From: Deltaproteobacteria bacterium
GTDB lineage: Bacteria > Desulfobacterota > Deferrisomatia > Deferrisomatales > BM512
Direction of reading: 5' to 3'
Assembly (NCBI GenBank): GCA_030591565.1
Contig: JAUVAU010000001.1
Span: forward strand, 30,572-94,571
Length of the DNA: 64,000 bases
Shown: positions 48,212 through 57,661 of the stretch, one piece after another
How the letters are laid out: each line of letters starts with the position of its first letter
Position numbering within the stretch: position 1 is the stretch's first letter
The notes under the pieces: generated by a model
The model's input: the letters and a program-made list of their open reading frames with translations, nothing else
Databases searched by the model: none
Told to the model about the DNA's origin: nothing
Program-made: the position numbers and the translations under genes

Positions 48212-50766
48212 GTCAGCGGAGCCACACGGTGACCCTTGAAAATGGCATGACGCTCGTCTACGTGCGCAATGAGGCCGCCCCCGTGCTGGCCCTTGACGTG
48301 TGGATCAGGGCGGGCAGCGCCGATGAGCGCGAGGACGAGGCGGGGCTTGCCCATGTGGTCGAGCATATGATGTTCAAGGGGACCGGGCAGCGCGGCCCGG
48401 GAGTCATTGCGGGTGAGGTGGAGAATATGGGGGGGGAGATAAACGCCTTCACAAGCTTCGACCATACAGTCTACACCCTCTGCGTGCCGGGCAGGTATGG
48501 GGCGCAGGCGTTCGACATCGTCCATGACGCCCTGACCGGTTCACTCTTCGACTCCGAAGAGCTTGAGCGGGAGAAGCTGGTTATACTGGAAGAGATCAAG
48601 CGGGGCCGCGACCATCCCCAGCAGTATCTCTCCCGGATGCTCTTTTCCACCGCCTACCAGCGCCACCCCTACAAAAACCCGGTAATCGGCAGCGCGGAGT
48701 TGGTCTCCTCTTTCACCCGCGAGAACCTCAAACGTTTCGTTTCGCGCTGGTACCGTTCCTCCAACATGACCCTTGTGGCCGTGGGAGAGCTTCCCATTGG
48801 AAAAGTAAAAAAGATGGCCGAGGCCACTTTCGGCAAAATGGATAGAAGCCCCGTTCCACGCAGGACAAAGAGGGCAGCAGAGGGTGAGCCGGACAGCTTT
48901 CGCTGCTCGATCGAGGGGCGCGACATCGCCGAAATCTACTTTGACATCGCTTTTCCCGGCCCCGGCGCGGACCACCGCGATGTGGTGCAGCTCGACCTGA
49001 TGGCGGCGGTGCTCGGCAATGGTGAGGCCTCAAGGCTCGAGCACAGGATAAAGCTGGACCTGAACCTTGTACACGCCATCGGGGCGGGGGTTTATCTGCC
49101 CACCGACCCCGGCGTGATCAATATCGGAGGCGCCGCCGACCCGGCCAAGTTCGAGGAGGCCTACCGGGAAATATGCTCTGAGCTTTACCGCATAGCCCAT
49201 GAACCGGTCTCGGCCACTGAGCTGAAGCGCGCCAAGGACACGGTGGAGACGGAGTTCATATACCAGCGCGAGACCTCCCAGGCCCAGGCGCAAAAGCTCG
49301 GCTACTGCCAGCTGGTTTTAGGTGACGCCGATTACGAGGCCCTCTATCTGGAGCGTCTTCACGAGGTCACCCCGGATGAGCTGATGGGGGTGGCCCAAAA
49401 ATATATCGCCCCCCGCCGTGGCGTCGTCACCTACATTCACCCCAGGGGTGAAAAGCCGCCCCTCTCGGTTTCCGCTGCCAAAGCTGCTATGCAGAAGGCG
49501 GAGAAGAAGTGGTCGGCCAAGAAGAAAACCGTTAAAAAGCCGCCGGTGATGTCGCGCTATGTGCTGGATAACGGCGCACGCGTGCTGGTGCGGCGACAAA
49601 ACGCGGTGCCCATTGTTTCAGTGAGGGCAGCCATGCTCGGTGGCTCCCGCGTGGAGCAGGAGGGGAAACAGGGTCTCTTTCACTTGCTCAGCGCGGCGGT
49701 GACGAGGGGAACGGGGTCGAGATCGGTCTTCGATATCGCCCACGATTCCGACCGCATCGGCGGACACATAGAGGGCTTTTCAGGGCGCAACTCCTTTGGG
49801 GTCAAGTCCGAGTTCCTCTCCAAACACCTTGAAAAAGGGGTGGAGCTTCTCTGCGACACTTTGACAACGCCCACTTTTCCCGACGAAGAGGTGGAAAAAT
49901 CGCGGATCGAAACCCTCTCGGCATTAAAACGCAGGGATGACAACCCGGCGGCCAAGGCTTTCCGGGCCTTTGAGCGTGCCCTGTTCAGTCCCCATCCCTA
50001 CGGGATTGATCCGCTGGGAACCGTGGAGGGGGTCCAGAATCTTTCCCCCGACGATCTGCGCGGGGCTTATGGCAATTACGCCAGCGCCGAGGGGCTCGCC
50101 ATTGCTGTTTCCGGCGATGTTGAGCCTGAAGCGGTGGTTGAACTATTTAATGAAAAGCTCAAACTGGCGAGAACCGGCAGGGCGACGCTTGAAGTAAAGT
50201 TGCCCAAGGCGAATCCTGCGTACAAAGAGGTGCTAAAGGTCGAGTCGCCCCATGAGCAGGCGCATGTGGTGTTGGGCTTTCTCGGGGCTACGATCTTCGA
50301 TGAGGGTCGCCTTGCGCTAAAGGTCGCCAACTCGATCCTCAATGGACAGGGGGGCAGGCTATTCAGGTCTTTGCGTGACGAGCAGGGGCTTGCCTACGCG
50401 GTGATGTCCACTTCGATGGAGGGGATCGACCCGGGGTTCATCGCGGGCTATATCGCGACCTCCCATGAGAACGCCGAGAAGGCGCGTCTTGGGCTTTTGG
50501 AGCAGTTCATGGGGTTGTGGGCGACCAGGGCGTCAAAGTTGGAAGTGGACAGCGCCAAGCGCAAGCTGGCGGGGGGTTATGAGATGAACCTGCAGGAAAA
50601 TGATTTTCATGCCTCCCAGATGGCGCTGGACGAGATATATGGGCTTGGCTACCGTGACTACCTCTCCCACGCCGGGCGCATACTCAAAGTGACCCCTGAC
50701 GAGGTCTGGGCGGCTGCGAGCCGCTACTTTGGCGAGGACAACTGGGTGGCGGTGGTGTCAGGCTAA
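48208..50766 (+). CDS. M16-family zinc peptidase, double-length (two M16 units)
   Basis: 852 aa. Inverted zinc motif AHVVEHMMFKGT (HxxEH). The second half repeats the M16 fold without the motif. ATGA overlap with the upstream lipoprotein gene. Confidence 0.8.
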   Translation: MSQRSHTVTLENGMTLVYVRNEAAPVLALDVWIRAGSADEREDEAGLAHVVEHMMFKGTGQRGPGVIAGEVENMGGEINAFTSFDHTVYTLCVPGRYGAQAFDIVHDALTGSLFDSEELEREKLVILEEIKRGRDHPQQYLSRMLFSTAYQRHPYKNPVIGSAELVSSFTRENLKRFVSRWYRSSNMTLVAVGELPIGKVKKMAEATFGKMDRSPVPRRTKRAAEGEPDSFRCSIEGRDIAEIYFDIAFPGPGADHRDVVQLDLMAAVLGNGEASRLEHRIKLDLNLVHAIGAGVYLPTDPGVINIGGAADPAKFEEAYREICSELYRIAHEPVSATELKRAKDTVETEFIYQRETSQAQAQKLGYCQLVLGDADYEALYLERLHEVTPDELMGVAQKYIAPRRGVVTYIHPRGEKPPLSVSAAKAAMQKAEKKWSAKKKTVKKPPVMSRYVLDNGARVLVRRQNAVPIVSVRAAMLGGSRVEQEGKQGLFHLLSAAVTRGTGSRSVFDIAHDSDRIGGHIEGFSGRNSFGVKSEFLSKHLEKGVELLCDTLTTPTFPDEEVEKSRIETLSALKRRDDNPAAKAFRAFERALFSPHPYGIDPLGTVEGVQNLSPDDLRGAYGNYASAEGLAIAVSGDVEPEAVVELFNEKLKLARTGRATLEVKLPKANPAYKEVLKVESPHEQAHVVLGFLGATIFDEGRLALKVANSILNGQGGRLFRSLRDEQGLAYAVMSTSMEGIDPGFIAGYIATSHENAEKARLGLLEQFMGLWATRASKLEVDSAKRKLAGGYEMNLQENDFHASQMALDEIYGLGYRDYLSHAGRILKVTPDEVWAAASRYFGEDNWVAVVSG

Positions 50767-50769
50767 TAA

Positions 50770-50985
50770 ACTCTGCCTTTTATCCGATTGACGGCGTCAG
50801 CCTGAAAAAATGATCCTCGAAATACGCTGAGTATTCCTCCGGTCATTTTTTATATCCTTCCTTGTTGACTCGACCCCTCTCGGGGCCTCGCCTAAAGGTG
50901 CGCTAATGCGCATCCAAGTTTTCAGGACAGAAAACTTGCCTCGAATAAAATTCAAAGTTTACAGCAATCTGTCAGGCTGAGATGG
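50770..50985 (+). repeat. intergenic repeat family B, copy B2
   Basis: By eye roughly 85-90% identical to 61620-61835 over about 170 nt (GATCCTCGAAATACGCTGAGTATTCCTCCGGTCATTTTTTATATCCTTCCTTG...AAGGTGCGCTAATGCGCATCCAAGTTTT...AAAACTTGCCTCGAATAAAATTC). Starts directly after the peptidase stop. Confidence 0.88.
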
Positions 50986-51003
50986 TCTGGCGGGAAAGTG
51001 AAG

Positions 51004-51040
51004 GAAAAAAAGGCAGAACCCATTGGGTTCTGCCTTTTTA
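51004..51040. terminator. bidirectional intrinsic terminator (M16 peptidase on plus / atpE on minus)
   Basis: AAAAAAA-AGGCAGAACCC-ATT-GGGTTCTGCCT-TTTT. 11-bp stem with an A-run and a T-run on either side. Confidence 0.85.
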
Positions 51041-51103
51041 GTTGTATCTAAAAGAAAATAATGAAGACTCGCAGGGCAATTTCCTGCGAACACTTCTATC
51101 GTA

Positions 51104-51403
51104 TTAAATTTTGCCGAAGATCATGAACGCGATAACAAGCGCGTAGATAACCAGTGACTCGATGAGCGCCAAGCCGACGATCATGGGGGTAAAAAGTTTG
51201 CCACTGGCGGCGGGGTTGCGTGCGATGCCCTCAAGGGCGGCAGCCAAACCACGGGACTGACCCAGTGCGCCGAGACCGGCCGCGAAGGTGATGGCCAGGG
51301 CGGAAGCGATGGCGATCAGGCCGCTGTCGGAACCACCGCCTGCAGCGAAAGCGGGAGCCGCGAGGGCGATCAGGGACAGGGTGATGAATGTACGTTTGAT
51401 CAT
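51104..51403 (-). CDS. atpE: F0 ATP synthase subunit c
   Basis: GLGALGQSRGLAAALEGIARNP...IVGLALIESLVIYALVIAF. 99 aa including an unusual hydrophobic N-terminal extension, MIKRTFITLSLIALAAPAFAAGG. Confidence 0.88.
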   Translation of the reverse strand: MIKRTFITLSLIALAAPAFAAGGGSDSGLIAIASALAITFAAGLGALGQSRGLAAALEGIARNPAASGKLFTPMIVGLALIESLVIYALVIAFMIFGKI

Positions 51404-51488
51404 TGTGTTGTCCTCCTCTCTTTAAGAGATTTCAAGAGCAGCCCTTCAAAGGGTGGGCCGCGTTGATTGCTGGTTGTTTGATTGTTAC

Positions 51489-52268
51489 TTAGTGATCGTG
51501 CGCCACCGCGCCAGCCAGGTAGATCATGGCGAGCAGGCAGAACACGAAGGTCTGCACCACCGAGACGAACACGCCCAGAAAGAGCGAGACCACCGGTAGG
51601 CCGATCGCCACCAGGCCGAAGAAGATCGCGCCGACCTTGTGATCGCCCATTATGTTTCCGAACAGACGAAGGCCAAGGCTGAGCGGACGAGCCAGATGAG
51701 AGATGATCTCAATCGGCAGCATCAGCGGTGCAATCGGCATGTAGGGGCCAAGAAAATGTTTTGCGTACCCGATCCCTTTGACCTTGAAGCCGTAGAAGTG
51801 GGTGGCGAAAAAGACCGTCAGCCCCAGCGCGAAGGTGGTGTTTACATTCTCGGTGGGTGGCAAAAAGCCGGGAATCAGCCCCGAGAGGTTGCAAAAGAGG
51901 ATGAAGAGCGCAAAGGAGCCGACCAGATGGATATACTTTGGTCCCTCGCTTCCCAGGACATCGTCCAGCAGCTTGGAGATCGCGGAGACGGCTATCTCCA
52001 TCACGTTCTTGATGGTGATCTTGTCCTCAGGAATAAGGTCCTCGTCGGTGAAGTTCGAGGTCTTCAAGCCCTTGCGCGCCAGCAGGGCCAAGACGACCAG
52101 GACGACGAAGATCACGATACCATTGCTCACATGGTAAGCGGGATGCGCGGCTTCGTGTTTGGCGCCGGCCTCTTCAACCGTTGCGTGGGAAAATTCCCAG
52201 TCGTGGTCCTCAAGCTGCTTAAGACCGGGGATCATGGAAGTCCAGACGATGTCGTTACCGGCACTCAT
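51489..52268 (-). CDS. atpB: F0 ATP synthase subunit a
   Basis: 259 aa, polytopic. Conserved LSLGLRLFGNIMGDH (essential Arg region). Confidence 0.88.
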   Translation of the reverse strand: MSAGNDIVWTSMIPGLKQLEDHDWEFSHATVEEAGAKHEAAHPAYHVSNGIVIFVVLVVLALLARKGLKTSNFTDEDLIPEDKITIKNVMEIAVSAISKLLDDVLGSEGPKYIHLVGSFALFILFCNLSGLIPGFLPPTENVNTTFALGLTVFFATHFYGFKVKGIGYAKHFLGPYMPIAPLMLPIEIISHLARPLSLGLRLFGNIMGDHKVGAIFFGLVAIGLPVVSLFLGVFVSVVQTFVFCLLAMIYLAGAVAHDH

Positions 52269-52678
52269 TGCGGCGTGTCCTCCCGAATATCGCTGCTTTT
52301 TCTTACAGCTTCAAAAACAATAGAGGGCAGAATGACGGAGAATCCGATCACCAGCCCTATGGCATTCATCTCAAAAACCAGTATCAACACGCCGACCGAA
52401 GCGATCAAAAACGTGTATTTGAACCAGTAGATCGCACCGGGCCAAAACCCCATGCGCCTTTTCCTGAAAACCGGGCCGAGCGATACTGCGCTCACCCAGA
52501 AACTTGCAACGGCTATCGCCCCGCTTACCGCAACCGCGCTGCCGATCGACTTGTCGAACATGAACGATAGGGCCACTGCAATGGCGTAGACGATGACGTT
52601 CACGCGGGCGATGCGCCTGATTGACGAGGTGTCTACCGCTTCCTCTTCCCCGGTGGTGGTGGGGAGGGGGTCACCCAT
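52265..52678 (-). CDS. atpI: ATP synthase protein I-like membrane protein
   Basis: 137 aa with four hydrophobic segments. Assigned from its position immediately upstream of atpB and the 4-nt overlap. Sequence identity not verifiable by eye. Confidence 0.55.
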   Translation of the reverse strand: MGDPLPTTTGEEEAVDTSSIRRIARVNVIVYAIAVALSFMFDKSIGSAVAVSGAIAVASFWVSAVSLGPVFRKRRMGFWPGAIYWFKYTFLIASVGVLILVFEMNAIGLVIGFSVILPSIVFEAVRKSSDIREDTPQ

Positions 52679-52913
52679 TGTCGTCTTCCTCTTCCATTTC
52701 GCGCTCCACCTTTTTTGCCAGCCGGTAGAGGCTGCGAAAGCCCGCGATAGACCCGAAAACCACCCAGGACAGCGCCATCCAGGGTGCTGTATCTAGGACG
52801 CCGTCAAGCCAGTTGCCGATCATCAGGCCGATAACCACCGAGATACCCATCTCCAGCGCACCTGCGCTGTAGCGGGCCCATGTTTTCATCTTTTCGGGGC
52901 TTTTGTCGGCCAT
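52671..52913 (-). CDS. AtpZ/AtpI-family small membrane protein
   Basis: 80 aa. WARYSAGALEMGISVVIGLMIGNWLD plus a second TM. First gene of the atp F0 cluster. Confidence 0.6.
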   Translation of the reverse strand: MADKSPEKMKTWARYSAGALEMGISVVIGLMIGNWLDGVLDTAPWMALSWVVFGSIAGFRSLYRLAKKVEREMEEEDDNG

Positions 52914-53152
52914 TGCTTGTCAACCCGGCGGAGAATTAATTCTTCCACCGTCTTTAAAAAATCCGGCTTTCTATACCATGCCAACTGGTTTTGCGTCAAG
53001 CAGGGAAGCTTTACCCGGAATCACCCTGTTCCGATTTCTTTTGACTGACTTTTCCGCTTTTTTCATCCCTTGGACCAGATGTGGTTGAGGACGTAGGGGA
53101 TTTGGGTGGTATACTGCCCTGAGATATTCAATGCAAACGACCGGGAGGGATA

Positions 53153-53554
53153 ATGGAACTGGAAGGCGGACTGGGCTGTTTCGTGTGTGGAAAGGGTAAC
53201 CCCCACGGACTGCAGATGGATTTTGAACTCAACGAGGCACAGAGGACGATAACCGCGAAATGGGTCCCCGATGAGCGCTATCAGGGGTACGATGGTATCG
53301 TTCATGGCGGCATAATCGCTACGCTTCTCGACGAGGGGGTGGCGAAGCTCTGCTACATGCTCGATTTGCGCGCAGCCACCGCTGAGATGACCGTGCGCTA
53401 CCGCAAGCCGGTACCGGTGGGCAGGGCGATCACGCTCTTGGGCGCGATCACAGGGGAAAAGGGCCGGGTGATAACAGGCAAGACGGAGATATTCCTGGAG
53501 GATGGGACGTTGGCTGCCATGGCCCAGGTAAAATGCATAAGGAGTAAAAGTTGA
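53153..53554 (+). CDS. PaaI-family hotdog-fold thioesterase
   Basis: 133 aa. CFVCGKGNPHGLQMDF and GIVHGGIIATLLDE. Confidence 0.75.
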   Translation: MELEGGLGCFVCGKGNPHGLQMDFELNEAQRTITAKWVPDERYQGYDGIVHGGIIATLLDEGVAKLCYMLDLRAATAEMTVRYRKPVPVGRAITLLGAITGEKGRVITGKTEIFLEDGTLAAMAQVKCIRSKS

Positions 53555-55725
53555 TTCCGACACCCGAGGCATTCGTGAAGTTTCTGACCCATCGGGCAGG
53601 CAAGCCGCTCGACCTGCGCAAGCTGATGGACCGTTTCGATATCACCAGGGAGGGTGAGGGTGCGTTTATCGCCTTTCTCGACGAGCGGGTCGCAGCCGGG
53701 GAGGTCGTTCTCATCAAGGGCGGGCGCTACGCCCATCCCTCAAGGGTGGGGCTGGTGGTGGGGCGGTTGACGGTGCACCCCGATGGTTTCGGCTTCGTCA
53801 TCGCCGATGATGGCGAGACCCCTGACCTGCACGTCAAGGGGCGCAACATGAAGTCCGCCATGCATGGTGACCGGATCGTCGCCCGTGTGGAGGAGCGCGG
53901 GGGGCGGCCCTCGGGACGGATCATCCGCATCCTCGCCCGCTCAAACGACCGGATCATAGGAAAGCTCAGGGTCAGGAGGCGCAACGCGGTCGTAGTGCCT
54001 CTGAACGAGCGGATTCCCCAGCACATATTGATCGACTCCGACGACCTGATGGGCGCTGCCGAGGGCCAGATAGTGGAGGTGGAGATAACCCGCTTCCCCA
54101 CCGAAGACTCGTCGCCCGAGGGCAAGATCACCGTGGTGGTGGGCTATCCGGGCGACGCGGACGTGGAGGCTGAGGCGATAGCGCTTAAACAACGCATCCC
54201 CATCCGTTTTGAGGAAAGTGTCATAGTCGAGGCTGCCCAGCTGCCCAAGAAGGTACGCGACTCGGACACCAAGGGGCGAAAAGCTCTGCTGGACGTGGAG
54301 TTCGTCACCATAGACGGCGAGACGGCAAAGGATTTCGACGACGCCGTGCACGTGGAGAAGCTGAAAAACGGCTATCTTCTGCGCGTCGCCATCGCTGACG
54401 TGAGCCATTACGTCACGCCTGGCAGCGAGGTGGACGACGAGGCGCTGGCCCGCGCTACCTCTACCTATTTTCCCGACCGTGTATTCCCCATGCTCCCCGA
54501 ATCGATCTCCAATGGCTTGTGCAGCCTCGTTCCCGGTGAAAAGCGTCTCGCCTTCGTGGCCGAGATGCAATATTCGCGGGGAGGCAGGCCCGGCGCGGCA
54601 CGCTTTTTCCCGACTGTCATCAAGAGCAGGCACCGGTTGACCTACACCGAGGTCGCCAGGGTGCTCGACGACCCCGACAGCGAAGAGGCCGTGAGGCTCG
54701 GCCCCACCGCGCACGGCCTGGAGCTGATGTGGGAGCTGGCAGAGAGGATACGCAGTCGGCGCTATGACCGCGGCTCCATCGATTTCGATCTGCCCGAGGC
54801 GGAGATCATACTCGATCTGCGCGGCAAGCCCGAGGACATTGTAAAAAGCGAGCGCAACCGCGCACATTTTTTGATCGAGGAGTTCATGATCGCCGCCAAC
54901 GAGGCGGTCGCGGCTTTTTTTGAGGCCAAGGCGATCCCGGCGCCCTTCAGGATTCACGAGCCCCCCGATCCCGACGACGTGGAGGAGTTCCGCAGCTTCA
55001 TCCACAACTTCGGCTATACGTTGAAGGGGCGGGCCAAGGTGCACCCTGAGGACTACCAGGATCTGGTGAGCCAGTCCGAAGGCAAGCCCGAGGCGCGTGT
55101 CATCCGCCAGATGCTCCTGCGTTCGATGAAAAAGGCGGTCTACAGTCCGTTTAACGAGGGGCATTTCGGTCTGGCCTCGGAAAACTATCTCCACTTCACC
55201 TCGCCTATTCGCCGCTATCCCGACCTGATAGTACACCGCACCCTCAAGCAGTTTTGCACGGGTAAAAAACCGGCGAAGAAGTGGCGGGAGAGGGAGCTGG
55301 AGTATCTTGAGCGGGAGTGCGTAAGGCTCTCCGAGCGCGAACGCGCCGCCGAGGTGGCCGAGCGCGAAGCGGTGGCCCGGCTAAAATGCCTCTTCATGGA
55401 CGATAAGACCGGTGAAGAATTCTGGGGGATAATAACCGGCACGGCGAGCTTCGGCTTCTTCGTGGAGCTGGAGCAGTTTTTCGTGGACGGGCTGGTTCAC
55501 GTCTCCAGCCTGGATGATGATTTTTACCATTACAGCGAACAGACCCATTCGCTCATAGGTGAGCGCACCAGGCGCTGCTACGGGATGGGTGACCGCGTGA
55601 GGGTCGTGGTGGAGAGGGTCAACGTGGATAAGCGCCAGATAGATTTCAAGACGGTCAGGGACGAGAGCGGGGGCAAGGGCAAGAGTAAAGGCAAGGTCAA
55701 GGTCAAGGGTAAGGGCAAGGGCTGA
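53551..55725 (+). CDS. rnr: ribonuclease R
   Basis: 724 aa. RNB motifs (TIDGETAKDFDDAV, YFPDRVFPMLPE, HFGL, YLHFTSPIRRYPD). S1 domain. Lys/Gly-rich tail GKGKSKGKVKVKGKGKG. TTG start overlaps the upstream stop. Confidence 0.9.
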   Translation: MIPTPEAFVKFLTHRAGKPLDLRKLMDRFDITREGEGAFIAFLDERVAAGEVVLIKGGRYAHPSRVGLVVGRLTVHPDGFGFVIADDGETPDLHVKGRNMKSAMHGDRIVARVEERGGRPSGRIIRILARSNDRIIGKLRVRRRNAVVVPLNERIPQHILIDSDDLMGAAEGQIVEVEITRFPTEDSSPEGKITVVVGYPGDADVEAEAIALKQRIPIRFEESVIVEAAQLPKKVRDSDTKGRKALLDVEFVTIDGETAKDFDDAVHVEKLKNGYLLRVAIADVSHYVTPGSEVDDEALARATSTYFPDRVFPMLPESISNGLCSLVPGEKRLAFVAEMQYSRGGRPGAARFFPTVIKSRHRLTYTEVARVLDDPDSEEAVRLGPTAHGLELMWELAERIRSRRYDRGSIDFDLPEAEIILDLRGKPEDIVKSERNRAHFLIEEFMIAANEAVAAFFEAKAIPAPFRIHEPPDPDDVEEFRSFIHNFGYTLKGRAKVHPEDYQDLVSQSEGKPEARVIRQMLLRSMKKAVYSPFNEGHFGLASENYLHFTSPIRRYPDLIVHRTLKQFCTGKKPAKKWRERELEYLERECVRLSERERAAEVAEREAVARLKCLFMDDKTGEEFWGIITGTASFGFFVELEQFFVDGLVHVSSLDDDFYHYSEQTHSLIGERTRRCYGMGDRVRVVVERVNVDKRQIDFKTVRDESGGKGKSKGKVKVKGKGKG

Positions 55726-55732
55726 GCTATCT

Positions 55733-57412
55733 ATGGATATAATAAGGATAACGCGTACTTACCGCAGCATGCAGAGGGTGCGGGAGATAGTGACGATCCT
55801 GTCGCGCCACGGCTTTTCGCGGATGCTCCAGGCCACCGGGCTGGGACGCTTCATGCCTGTGTCCCAGAGGATGAAGCGGGCCGAGAACGTCAACGAGACC
55901 GTCACCGCGCCCGAGCAGCTGCGCTTTGCGCTCGACGAGCTTGGCCCCACCTTCATCAAGCTGGGGCAGATGCTGGCCTCGCGGCCCGATCTGGTGCCGG
56001 AGCCCTACGTCGAGGAGCTCAGAAAGCTCCAGGACGAGGTCAGCCCCTTCCCCTTTGAAGAGGTGTGCCTCGTGGTGGAGGAGCAGACCGGGCTGCCCAT
56101 GGACGAATGCTTCAAATCGGTGGATGAACAGCCGATGGCCGCCGCCTCCATCGCCCAGGTGCACCGCGCCGTCCTGATCGACGGCACCCCGGTTGTGCTC
56201 AAGGTGAGGCGACCGGGCATCAAGAATATCATCAATCGCGACCTCTCCGTGCTCCAGCTCCTCATAACCGCCGCCGAGCGCTACATGCCTGAGAGTCGCG
56301 AGCTGGACCTGCCCACCATCCTCGACGAGTTCTCCCGTACCATTCGCAGGGAGCTTGATTTTTATCTCGAAGCCTCCCACACCGAGCGAATCAAGCGAAA
56401 CTTTGGGGACGATGAGCAGGTGGTGATTCCAGCCATCCACTGGGAAATGACAGGGGAAAGCCTGGTGGTGATGGATGAGCTTGAGGGCTTTGCAGCCGAT
56501 GATATCGAGGGGATAGACGCTGCCGGTATCGACCGTGTCCAGGTCGCCAAAATCGCTGCGCGCTGCTTTATGAAGCAGGTATTTGAAGATGGGGTTTTCC
56601 ACGCCGACCTGCACGCCGGTAATGTCCGGGTGACGGCTGAGGGCAAGCTGGGGCTGCTGGACTTTGGGGCTGTGGGCTTTCTCTCCGAGGAGATTCAAGA
56701 GAGCCTGGGCACCTTCTTGATGGCGCTCTTGAGCCGCGACTATACGGCGCTGGTGGATGAGTTCATGCACATCGGCACCTTCGAGCGCGCGGTGGATATG
56801 CGGCGGTTCGAGCGCGATCTTCGCGAGCTGATCGAGCCTTATTTCGGCAGGCCGTTGGGGGAGCTGCGCTTTGGTGAGATAATGAAGGAGTGCGTGGCGA
56901 TTGCGCTTCGCCACCATATCCGTGTGCCCGCCGACATGGTTCTGCTGGCCCGCTCAACGATCTCCATTGAGGGGATCGTGCGCCAGCTGGACCCCGAGCT
57001 GGGGATAATCGAGGAGGCGGAGCCCTTCGCCAAAGAGCTCATAGCCAAGCGGCTGGACCCACGCAGGCAGTGGCGCGCCTTTAGCCGCGCGGGGCGTGAC
57101 TACAAACATTTTCTCACCCGGCTGCCCACGCAGCTGGGTCGCATATTCCAGCAGCTTCTCGACTCGCGTCTCTCAATCGATTTCGTTCACCGCGGCTACG
57201 AAAAGGCGCTCGATGAGATGGACCGCTCCTCCAACCGCATCAGCGCAAGCCTGATAATATCGGCGTTGATCGTCGGTAGCGCGCTCATCGTATTGTCGGG
57301 GAAGGGGCCGATGCTCTGGGATTTTCCGGTGTTCGGGATTGTGGGCTTTATCCTCGCGGCCGTTATGGGGTTTGGCCTTGCCATACAGATATTGCGTTCG
57401 GGGAAGTTCTAG
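55733..57412 (+). CDS. ubiB: ABC1/UbiB-family atypical kinase
   Basis: 559 aa. LGPTFIKLGQMLASRPDL, AAASIAQVHRA, HADLHAGN, DFG. C-terminal TM helices. Confidence 0.85.
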   Translation: MDIIRITRTYRSMQRVREIVTILSRHGFSRMLQATGLGRFMPVSQRMKRAENVNETVTAPEQLRFALDELGPTFIKLGQMLASRPDLVPEPYVEELRKLQDEVSPFPFEEVCLVVEEQTGLPMDECFKSVDEQPMAAASIAQVHRAVLIDGTPVVLKVRRPGIKNIINRDLSVLQLLITAAERYMPESRELDLPTILDEFSRTIRRELDFYLEASHTERIKRNFGDDEQVVIPAIHWEMTGESLVVMDELEGFAADDIEGIDAAGIDRVQVAKIAARCFMKQVFEDGVFHADLHAGNVRVTAEGKLGLLDFGAVGFLSEEIQESLGTFLMALLSRDYTALVDEFMHIGTFERAVDMRRFERDLRELIEPYFGRPLGELRFGEIMKECVAIALRHHIRVPADMVLLARSTISIEGIVRQLDPELGIIEEAEPFAKELIAKRLDPRRQWRAFSRAGRDYKHFLTRLPTQLGRIFQQLLDSRLSIDFVHRGYEKALDEMDRSSNRISASLIISALIVGSALIVLSGKGPMLWDFPVFGIVGFILAAVMGFGLAIQILRSGKF

Positions 57413-57424
57413 GAGCTTCGCCGA

Positions 57425-57520
57425 AAAACCCCGGATATCCTCCGATTGACGTTGTCAGGGGCGAAAAATGATCCTCGAAATACCTATCAGTATGCCTCGA
57501 ATGATCTTCGGGGTTTCCAG
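57425..57520 (+). repeat. intergenic repeat family B, copy B4 (left module only)
   Basis: CCTCCGATTGACGTTGTCAGGGGCGAAAAATGATCCTCGAAATACCTATCAGTATGCCTCGAATGATC. Begins about 12 nt after the ubiB stop. Confidence 0.75.
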
Positions 57521-57661
57521 TTTATCGTCGGCTTAGTTGGAGGTTTGTCCGGCATCGGCTAGCATCTCCAGTTTGGCCCAGTTTAGTGTTATCCCCCCGC
57601 TTCGGGAGAGTTTTTCAACAGCCTCCTAGTGGGGGAACTTCAATAGAAACTGGCTGTTCCG

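Noticed and set aside
50800-50880. Small minus-strand ORF inside element B, with a strong AAGGAAGGA Shine-Dalgarno-like sequence (MTGGILSVFRGSFF..., 27 aa in copy B2 and 18 aa in copy B3).
   Set aside because: The start codon is ACG in copy B1 and absent in B4. Lengths and C-termini differ between copies. This pattern fits a structured non-coding element better than a conserved micropeptide.
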